A program made the position numbers and the translations under genes. Below, one piece after another: positions 10,716 through 18,555 of a stretch of 42,810 nt of DNA (position 1 is its first letter; every line of letters begins with the position of its first letter). Below the pieces are notes generated by a model. The model saw only the letters and a list, made by a program, of their open reading frames with translations, was not told where the DNA came from and did no database searches. Location: the IMG/VR virus record IMGVR_UViG_3300048929_000691; one strand, 5' to 3'. The DNA is from a virus.

Positions 10716-11556
10716 AATGGCTACAACTTTAACATATAACTATCCTGATAAGGATGATGCCGTTGCTTTAAATTGGACAACAACTGATGCAGCGGCAGAC
10801 CATTATAAGATTTACAGAAGAATCTTAGAAACAGATGCAACCTCTAATAAAATACAAGATCAAAATACTACTTCCTATTTAGATAATAGTGTGCTAGTAA
10901 CAAAAAATATGAAGGCTCCCCAAATATCAATAAATCTTCAAAGAGAATTTGGAAAGCTTAAAATATCCTTTGTAAATAATCCAGATAATATCAGAAATTA
11001 TGTGTATTCTGTTTATACCTATGATGTAAATGATAATTTGCTATCTGCTTCAAACCAGGTGCAGATATATATTAAAAAGGTTCCAGACAAATATTTCTAC
11101 CTAATTAAAAAAGCTGATATTCCATTAAGTAAGACAGATAAATTCACAGAAACAACAGTTAACTTTGCAGAATTCACTAATATGGACAACGGTAAATATA
11201 TAATTTATTTATATGCTCAGCTTGAAAGTACAAAAACAGATATTGTGAGTGCAAGATTTGTAATAGATAATACTATCTTTAAAAAAGAAGAGCATTTAGA
11301 TGTGCCAAATGCAGTAAGATACAACAATAGATATAGAGGCCCCCATGAGTCAAAGAAAAAAGACTTTGCCATAATGGAAATCAAAAATAATATAAATAAG
11401 TTAAAAAAGAGAGTTGCCTATTTACAAGACTACAAAAAAGGCTTTTTAGATAAGCCTGAAACCATTAATGTAGAGCTTACAAACTTACTAGAAACCATAG
11501 AAAGTAGCATTGAAGATATAAGAAAGGAATTAAAATATGAAAAACGTAATAATTAA
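10708..11556 (+). CDS. Phage structural protein with Fn3/Ig-like N-terminus
   Basis: VALNW...HYKIYR Fn3-like strand pattern; RYRGPHES motif followed by coiled coil. ATG10717 is an alternative start. Confidence 0.55.
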   Translation: MNKMATTLTYNYPDKDDAVALNWTTTDAAADHYKIYRRILETDATSNKIQDQNTTSYLDNSVLVTKNMKAPQISINLQREFGKLKISFVNNPDNIRNYVYSVYTYDVNDNLLSASNQVQIYIKKVPDKYFYLIKKADIPLSKTDKFTETTVNFAEFTNMDNGKYIIYLYAQLESTKTDIVSARFVIDNTIFKKEEHLDVPNAVRYNNRYRGPHESKKKDFAIMEIKNNINKLKKRVAYLQDYKKGFLDKPETINVELTNLLETIESSIEDIRKELKYEKRNN

Positions 11557-12766
11557 TAATATACCAAGTGCAAATAGAAAAAACTTTGGTTATAAATCAA
11601 TTAACAGAAGTGATGAACATAATGAAAATCAAAATGAAATATTAGCTGATATTCTTGATCTTTATAACAAAACCAATGCAATTGAACGATTATTAAATAG
11701 AAATATGGATTTTATTAAAGAAGAAAATACGTATTTAACTTCCTTAAACAAGGATATATTGACAAAATATAATGATTTATTAGCTCAGTATGAAGAATTT
11801 AAAAACAATGCTACAGAAAGAAGACTGCTAATAACTCCAGCTTCCTGCACTACAGATGACAGAAACTATGGTGCAGTCATAGATACAAAGACTTCAAGTA
11901 TCACCAAAAGACCAACCTTAAAGGTATCTAAATTTGTTATTTTTGATGAAGCAGCTGATTCTGTATACCTTCCAGACACCTTAAATGTCACAATAATTAA
12001 TGAAGATTCCAAAGGAATAATAACTGAAAGCGATAATGATATATATTCTCCATTTTATAAAGATGAAAATTTATACTGGACACGAAGGGTAGTTACTGAT
12101 ACTTCAGTAGAAAAATTAACAACAAACTATGTAATAACCTTGCCTGAAGAAATAATGACAACTCCTTTAATGAATGAATTATATATTAATCCATTCTTAT
12201 GCAGAGTTACTAAAGTATACTGTAGATATGGAGATTCTGCTGCCTGGGATCTTATTGATGGATTAGATTATAATCCTGCTACAGCAAATGCTGGAATTAG
12301 GTCACTAGATAATACGATAGAATGTATAAGACCTTTTAAATTAAATTTTGAAAGCAGAAAGATAAATCAAATTAAAATAACCGTTGAAGCAAGCAGGTCC
12401 ACAGAAGTTGAAAGTAATTACAGGACTTTTTTATATGGACTTAAAGAAGTAACTGGTTTTATTAACTATTATAGCGATTATGAAACTTCTTCCTTTGAAT
12501 TTGAAACAAAGATTCCTGATACAGATGGCTATGAAATAACAGGTATTAAGCCATACTTTAACAATGGCAGCGATTCAAGCATGTATTATGAAGATTTCAA
12601 TTATGATTTCTATTATAAAGATAATGATGATGAATATCATAAGATAACAGATACCTTCCCATTTACGCCTGCTACTAGCAATATCAAGGTAAAATGCATT
12701 TTTGGTGAAAGTTATGATGAAATGAATCTTAGGAAAATAGAAATTATATATAAAAAAAATAGTTAA
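11537..12766 (+). CDS. Phage structural protein
   Basis: Last gene of the coupled operon; coiled-coil N-terminus and NELYINP motif like NELVLNP in 4299-6482. Confidence 0.55.
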   Translation: MKNVIINNIPSANRKNFGYKSINRSDEHNENQNEILADILDLYNKTNAIERLLNRNMDFIKEENTYLTSLNKDILTKYNDLLAQYEEFKNNATERRLLITPASCTTDDRNYGAVIDTKTSSITKRPTLKVSKFVIFDEAADSVYLPDTLNVTIINEDSKGIITESDNDIYSPFYKDENLYWTRRVVTDTSVEKLTTNYVITLPEEIMTTPLMNELYINPFLCRVTKVYCRYGDSAAWDLIDGLDYNPATANAGIRSLDNTIECIRPFKLNFESRKINQIKITVEASRSTEVESNYRTFLYGLKEVTGFINYYSDYETSSFEFETKIPDTDGYEITGIKPYFNNGSDSSMYYEDFNYDFYYKDNDDEYHKITDTFPFTPATSNIKVKCIFGESYDEMNLRKIEIIYKKNS

Positions 12767-12773
12767 TATTAGA

Positions 12774-12801
12774 TTGTAATATTATTGTAATTTGCTATAA
12801 T
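12774..12801 (+). promoter_or_regulatory. SigA-type promoter
   Basis: TTGTAA-16 bp-TATAAT with TG extension. Confidence 0.55.
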
Positions 12802-12947
12802 TTATATATAAAGGATATTGGTTCTAAATATGTAAAAGGCTTATGGATTAACAGATTTTTTTATATAGTTTTTAGTCTATTTCGACTATAATCTAAAAAT
12901 ATTCATAAGTACTTTTACTAAATTACATTAAAGGCAGGCGATTAAAA

Positions 12948-13286
12948 GTGTCCGAAGACAGAATACTGAATATAATGAAAAATTTAAATTATTTATTAAG
13001 CACTCTAGAGCAAGTTTGTGCTCAAAAATTAATCAACAATGTTCCAAGCTCTGAATATGACAGTATTTACATCAATTTTGAGTTAAGCAAAAACTCAGAT
13101 ATAATATTTTCCGTATTCAATTCCAATACAAAATGTATTGTTAAAAAGATATATACTCTTCCTCAATTGTTAAAAAAATGTGCAGATATCTTTTCTGTTA
13201 TGAGTTTTATAGATGAAGACACTATAACTTTATACAAGAAATCAAAGGAACACATTTATAATACAAATACAATAATAAGTATATAA
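12948..13286 (+). CDS. Hypothetical protein
   Basis: 112-aa ORF, GTG start after AGGCAGG. Confidence 0.55.
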   Translation: MSEDRILNIMKNLNYLLSTLEQVCAQKLINNVPSSEYDSIYINFELSKNSDIIFSVFNSNTKCIVKKIYTLPQLLKKCADIFSVMSFIDEDTITLYKKSKEHIYNTNTIISI

Positions 13287-13350
13287 AGTTATGGTTGAAT
13301 GAATTGTGTAAGCAGATGATAGAATATAAATACAATAGTAACTATATAAA

Positions 13351-13734
13351 GTGGTGGAGAATAGTATGAATAAAGAATTTATTAAGATGCAGCAAGCAGC
13401 AGCAGAGAAAAAGCTGGTTACAAAAATTAAAGATAATATGCATAAGCATAAGACAACTAAAGAAATATTTGAAGAGGATAAGGAATGCTTCACTTCATGT
13501 CCTAGATACAATCCATGTCCTATATGCAGTAAATGTGAGAATAAGGCAAGCCATTTATATATTAAATGTGAACTTTGCCAGATACCAATGTGCACCCATA
13601 AATATACGGATAGACAGCACATGATAAAAAGAGAAAGCAATACTATACAAGTTTCAAGAGAAACTATTGATAAGCTAAAAATAATTGCAGCTAAGAGAGA
13701 GCAGGTGATAAACAATGAAAATAGCACTAGATAA
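13351..13734 (+). CDS. Cys-rich putative Zn-binding protein
   Basis: CFTSC...CPICSKC...CELC...C cluster. ATG13366 after GGAGA is the likely start. Confidence 0.65.
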   Translation: MVENSMNKEFIKMQQAAAEKKLVTKIKDNMHKHKTTKEIFEEDKECFTSCPRYNPCPICSKCENKASHLYIKCELCQIPMCTHKYTDRQHMIKRESNTIQVSRETIDKLKIIAAKREQVINNENSTR

Positions 13735-13996
13735 TAATATGAATGCTGAGGATTATACAAGAAATGGGCAGAACATCCCTAAAAAGCCTGAGCCTGGTCA
13801 GCCTATTATTTGTCAGTATTGCAACGAAATAATATATCCAAGTGAATTTTCAAAGGATTCTTTTCAAAGAAAATTTGAATTTAAATGGCATTTACATCCT
13901 TGGTGTAAAGAAGCTATGATGAATCAAGCTGATAGGGGAACTCCAGGGCTTATAGATGAAAGAAAAAGGGCTGCAAGACGCCTTGAAGAAGAATAA
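13715..13996 (+). CDS. Small putative Zn-finger protein
   Basis: CQYC...HPWC; GCAGGTG RBS; overlaps the previous gene. Confidence 0.65.
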   Translation: MKIALDNNMNAEDYTRNGQNIPKKPEPGQPIICQYCNEIIYPSEFSKDSFQRKFEFKWHLHPWCKEAMMNQADRGTPGLIDERKRAARRLEEE

Positions 13997-14133
13997 ATAA
14001 ATTCGGATACTACTGATAAAACTGCCACTTCTAAAAATTTAGTAAGAACAAGGCGGTTTGGAGAAAAGATCTAAGAAGAGAGGGAGAATAATGTTAGTCT
14101 TAATCCCATCACTAAATTATTCAGGTAGCTTTT

Positions 14134-15039
14134 ATGAGAAATAAACAATATGAAGTTGATTATAGCAAAGATTATCAAAGAGTACATGACTTAGTATATG
14201 AATATAAAAATGGTTCAATGGATGCTGCCGATAAATTATTGGAGTCCTTTGCAAAATTCTTGTCCAATTATGCAGTGTTAATAAAGTATGGTAAATATAA
14301 TTTAAATTACTATTCTGTAAGAAGCTTTATAAAGCTATTCATTGAAGATCCAAAAGATAGAAAATTATTAAATTCTCATTTTTACAATCAATATGCAGGG
14401 AAAAATGTAGTATTTTCAACAATTAATACAATCATGAATATTTTTCATGAGTCAAGCTCTGAAGATATAAAACAAGATTTGAAAATAATATTTTTTAATA
14501 TGTGTCAGAAATACAAAGATGTAAGGCCTAGTTTTCATACTTATATAGATAAAAATTTCCATTATTATGCCTATAGATACTGGGAGAAAACTATAAGAGA
14601 TCCCATTGGACGTGGAAGCTCTGTAAGTATTTCTACACCAATTAAATCAATTAAGTTTGTAGAAGATACCAATCTTACCTTTGCAGATATATTAGAAGAT
14701 GTACAATCAAAAGTCGAAAACGACTATACTTTAAATAAAATAACTGTATATTATGATATTAAAACTTCCTCCATACCAGTTGCTTACGGGGAAGAAAACC
14801 ATGATACATATAATAATACTTTTTTAAATACCAATTGGATAAATGGTATTACTTGCAGCACAGCCTTTAAGATTCTTACTCCTTTAGAGCGTAAAATCAT
14901 TAAATTATGGTATATAGATAATCTTACCGATAAGGAAATAGGTGATAAATTTGGCATCTGTAGAGGCAGCATAAATAAAAGAAGAAATATTGCAAAAACA
15001 AAGATAGGAGAATATTTGAAATATAGAAAAGTGGAATAA
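14134..15039 (+). CDS. Phage sigma-70-family RNA polymerase sigma factor
   Basis: Region-2-like EDIKQDL...F...Y..RPSFHTYI and region-4 HTH LTPLERKIIKLWY...TDKEIGDKFGICRGSINKRR. Confidence 0.75.
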   Translation: MRNKQYEVDYSKDYQRVHDLVYEYKNGSMDAADKLLESFAKFLSNYAVLIKYGKYNLNYYSVRSFIKLFIEDPKDRKLLNSHFYNQYAGKNVVFSTINTIMNIFHESSSEDIKQDLKIIFFNMCQKYKDVRPSFHTYIDKNFHYYAYRYWEKTIRDPIGRGSSVSISTPIKSIKFVEDTNLTFADILEDVQSKVENDYTLNKITVYYDIKTSSIPVAYGEENHDTYNNTFLNTNWINGITCSTAFKILTPLERKIIKLWYIDNLTDKEIGDKFGICRGSINKRRNIAKTKIGEYLKYRKVE

Positions 15040-15070
15040 TATTAGAGTGTATAAATACTTGCTATACAAA

Positions 15071-15107
15071 AACGGCTATAAATGTGATTTTTACATTTAT
15101 AGCCGTT
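15071..15107. terminator. Bidirectional terminator between convergent genes
   Basis: AACGGCTATAAATGT...ACATTTATAGCCGTT inverted repeat at the strand switch. Confidence 0.75.
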
Positions 15108-15258
15108 CAACTTTATAATTCCCTCACATTATGCATATCTCTAAGCTTTTTAAACTAATCAAAGCTCAAAATAGCGCCTTTGACCATCTTTTCATGTTCA
15201 GGTTGCAAATCTCTCAAATTGGATTTAACTTCCTTTGACTTATCATATGCTACTTTTA

Positions 15259-15284
15259 AATTTGTGCAGACAGTGTCTGCACAA
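15259..15284. repeat. Palindrome; exact inverted copy of 16052-16077
   Basis: AATTTGTGCAGACAGTGTCTGCACAA is the reverse complement of 16052-16077. Confidence 0.95.
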
Positions 15285-15319
15285 TTTAAGAATTTCACCT
15301 GATTAATTTTCTGTGATCT

Positions 15320-16354
15320 TTAATCATCAGATATTTCACCATCAAAGAAATTAATGCGTTTTTCTAAATCTTCAATAGTTGGCAATGCATCTTCAAATTC
15401 ATCTGGTAATTCTCCAAATAGTTTGTATTCACTTATTCCAATTGGTTTTGTCATATCTTTAAGGGCATATTCTGCAATTAACTTATTTTTCTCTCTACAT
15501 AATAAAAGCCCTATGGTTGGATTATCTTGTTCTGTTTTTAAAATATCATCAACAGCAGAAAGATAAAAATTTAGTTTACCTGCATATTCAGGTACAAATT
15601 TTCCTGTTTTCAGCTCAATAACTACATAGCATTTTAGTTTTAAATGATAAAATAATAAATCAATATAAAAATCTTCTCCAGCTACCTCTATATGATACTG
15701 ATTTCCTACAAATGCAAAGCCTGAACCTAGTTCTAAAAGTAACTTGGTCACTTGCTTTACAAGTTCTTTTTCTAATTGAACTTCTAACATATCTTCTCTA
15801 AATGTAATAAAATCAAAATTGTACGGATCTTTTAAAATTCCCTTTGCAAGTGTACTTTGTGTCTTAGGTAGATTTTTTTCGTAATTAGTGGTCTTTTCCA
15901 CAAGTACTTGCCTTTTATATAAATTTGTTTTTATCTGAGTGGCCAATACATTTAAAGACCATCCATTTTCTATAGCCTTTTCAATATACCATTTTCTTTC
16001 ATCCTGTGATTTTACCTTATCCATAATCTCAATATTATGTGACCATGTTATTTGTGCAGACACTGTCTGCACAAATTCAAAATCTGTATATAATTCTGCA
16101 AATTTACGCATATATTTTAAATTCCTAATAGAGAAACCTTTTATTTCAGGGAATTCCATTTTAATATCCTTTGCAAGGCTATCTATAAACTTATTGCCCC
16201 ATTTGCTATTATTAAGAATCACATTACCTATATTCCAATATAATAGTATAAGTTCTTTATTCACAGTTTTTATAGCTCTATATTGTGAAGCTTTTATTTC
16301 TTCCTTTATTTTCTGAATGGTTTGCAAATAATCATTTTCATTAATAAGCATCAT
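15320..16354 (-). CDS. yhcG: YhcG/DUF1016 family PD-(D/E)XK nuclease
   Basis: LYWNIG, GFSIRNLKYMRKF, WSHN, KDPYNFDF, LLELGSGFAFVG, IDLLFYH, IELK and NPTIGLLLC motifs. Confidence 0.93.
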   Translation of the reverse strand: MMLINENDYLQTIQKIKEEIKASQYRAIKTVNKELILLYWNIGNVILNNSKWGNKFIDSLAKDIKMEFPEIKGFSIRNLKYMRKFAELYTDFEFVQTVSAQITWSHNIEIMDKVKSQDERKWYIEKAIENGWSLNVLATQIKTNLYKRQVLVEKTTNYEKNLPKTQSTLAKGILKDPYNFDFITFREDMLEVQLEKELVKQVTKLLLELGSGFAFVGNQYHIEVAGEDFYIDLLFYHLKLKCYVVIELKTGKFVPEYAGKLNFYLSAVDDILKTEQDNPTIGLLLCREKNKLIAEYALKDMTKPIGISEYKLFGELPDEFEDALPTIEDLEKRINFFDGEISDD

Positions 16355-16369
16355 ATCCCTCCATTTCTG

Positions 16370-16540
16370 CTATGATAAATTTAAGATACTGAAATGCTCC
16401 AAATTGTTGTATCCTTCTTTAAAATGGATTTGCCTCTAAAACCTCAGCTACATCTTGCAGCTTTACTTTTTCTAAATCAAAATCCTCGAATTTCTTAATA
16501 TATTCATGATATATTTTAAAATTTAGTACGTCAACATTAA
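16370..16540 (-). pseudogene. Frameshifted remnant resembling a restriction-modification specificity (TRD) segment
   Basis: Reads EKVKLQDVAEV(fs)RGKSILKKD..., like the start of HsdS-type TRDs; no intact ORF. Confidence 0.4.
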
Positions 16541-16765
16541 ACTTTATTTCATATTTATTTGCTGCTATTTTTTAAACTTACAACATTTTTAAAATTAAAA
16601 ATGAGCTATCGCTAACAGATTTTTATCAGTTAATGCAAAAGCTCTTTTTTCGTAGTTAAAATGTAAATTATATAGTTTTAAGTCTTGTACGTGAAATAAT
16701 TTTATTTCCTAACATAATCTCATATTAACCCTATATTGGATATTTTGTCAATATGAGATAAAACA

Positions 16766-16790
16766 AAAAAATCTAGCATAAGCTAGATTT
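16766..16790 (-). terminator. Terminator after PadR-like gene
   Basis: AAAATCTAGC-ATAA-GCTAGATTTT with A-run on + (U-run on -). Confidence 0.65.
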
Positions 16791-17134
16791 TAAGGTAAAA
16801 CTTTTGCAACATCTTTATAAAATTTAGATGTTTTGCTAAGTAATTTTTTATAATGTTCAGAATTAGAATTATAATAGTCTCTCCCTACAGGTGTTATTTC
16901 GTAATACTTCTTTTGGTTGTAATCATACATGTAATTGATATACCCATTTTTAATCATAGAATTAATTACAGGATAATAAGTTCCATGAGATATATCCCAT
17001 GTAATGTCAAAACGCTTTATTTCGTCTAGAACTTCTTTAAAATATACTTCTGAATCTTTTTTCATTATATATCCCAGTGTAAATAGTTCTAATAAATTGC
17101 CAGGCGTAATTTTGGTTATTTTTTTTTGCTCCAC
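16790..17134 (-). CDS. PadR-family winged-helix regulator
   Basis: ISHGTYYPVINSM..NGYI and KKYYEITPVGR motifs; GGAGGG RBS. Confidence 0.85.
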   Translation of the reverse strand: MEQKKITKITPGNLLELFTLGYIMKKDSEVYFKEVLDEIKRFDITWDISHGTYYPVINSMIKNGYINYMYDYNQKKYYEITPVGRDYYNSNSEHYKKLLSKTSKFYKDVAKVLP

Positions 17135-17551
17135 TTAAACAAGACCCTCCATTCCTTAGATTTAACTTCTACATTCTACATTTTTCTACCACGAATTCGA
17201 CCTACAATAAGTCATTAAATTATATACAAAATTAAATAAATATTTAAATTCATTTAATTTTATACCCTACCCCTTTTTACATACATTTTTAACTACTTTT
17301 AACTAAACCTTAGCATAGCTTACATTAATAATTAAGTCAATATACTCAAAATTTAATTATACTTAATAATTATATCATTTTTTTAATAGCAAAACCATTT
17401 AAAGAAAATTTGCCGTAAAATTAAATTTACGTTGCTATTCACTGAGATAATATTCACTTTATTTTCATGACATACGAAAACTTTAAAAAGATTCTCAGGA
17501 ATATACGAATATAAGAATAAGGAACATACCTAAAATAGGCGTTTAGAAGCC

Positions 17552-17599
17552 AAGAATATAAGAATATATATTCTAAAAAATATATATTCTTATATTCTT
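17552..17599. repeat. Perfect 21-bp inverted repeat
   Basis: AAGAATATAAGAATATATATT-CTAAAA-AATATATATTCTTATATTCTT. Confidence 0.9.
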
Positions 17600-17693
17600 A
17601 GGATTATGTTGTTAATTTTTATGCGTGAAGTTTTTTATTTAGTAGAAGGTGAGGGGAGAGGATCAAATTTTTTTAAGAAAATTAATATGTAAA

Positions 17694-17738
17694 TAAAAAC
17701 ATACAGCTATGTTATTAATTAACTAGCTGTATGTTTTT
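17694..17738. terminator. Terminator downstream of 17832-18491
   Basis: AAAAACATACAGCTA...TAGCTGTATGTTTTT. Confidence 0.7.
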
Positions 17739-17831
17739 TGATTTACATTATATTATGTAATCAATTATTTGCATTTCTATTATATTTATCTTATTCTAAC
17801 TAACAATCAATAAAATATTAGCTATTGTTTA

Positions 17832-18491
17832 CTATTCCAGAGCCCTCCAGTCAGTTGAATTTTTAATTTCTCCAACTAAATTACCATTTGAATCATACTC
17901 TGGTATATATTTCACTTCAGTAAATAGTTTAGAATTAGTTGTGAAAGGCTTCCCATTTCTATCAAATACCTTTACTTTATCAATCATGCAAGGAATCTCA
18001 TCTCTCTGTTTAGTAACATCGTTATAAAGAGTTATAATACCATTCTTAGAAGTAAAATCAGCTTCAGCAATACCGCTTTTGGGACTTATATAATATAATT
18101 GACCATCAACAATAAATGGTCCTGTTATCCCATGTCCATCTTTATCAGCAAACATCAAAGCATCAGAAAAATAATTTGATTCAGTATCTCTTATAAAACC
18201 AGTTGCCATTTTTCCTGATGCATAAAAATAGTAAGTGTATTTACTACCTGGCATTTTCCAATTTTGTCTATTATCAGCCATACGCTCATGCTCATCTAAA
18301 TAGTACCATGAGTTATTATAGTAAACCCATTCATTTTTAGCATAATTTCCATCATCTTTTACATACTTCCAATAACGATCATATGAAGGTCCAGTTTGTT
18401 CCCATGTTCCTGCAAAAACAGTAGTAGAGCTTGTACACACCATTAATCCAAGCAATATACACCCTATAATTCTTTTTTTCATCCTTATCAT
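17832..18491 (-). CDS. Secreted cell-wall (choline)-binding repeat protein
   Basis: Signal peptide ending VFA; WKYV, WYYLD and YYFYASGKMATG repeats. Confidence 0.8.
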   Translation of the reverse strand: MIRMKKRIIGCILLGLMVCTSSTTVFAGTWEQTGPSYDRYWKYVKDDGNYAKNEWVYYNNSWYYLDEHERMADNRQNWKMPGSKYTYYFYASGKMATGFIRDTESNYFSDALMFADKDGHGITGPFIVDGQLYYISPKSGIAEADFTSKNGIITLYNDVTKQRDEIPCMIDKVKVFDRNGKPFTTNSKLFTEVKYIPEYDSNGNLVGEIKNSTDWRALE

Positions 18492-18512
18492 CTCCCAATA
18501 AATATTAAATTC

Positions 18513-18543
18513 TTTGCAATAGCGCCTCTTCTATTGCAAAAAA
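18513..18543 (-). terminator. Terminator of 994-aa gene
   Basis: TTTGCAATAG...CTATTGCAAA. Confidence 0.55.
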
Positions 18544-18555
18544 CAATTGAATAAA

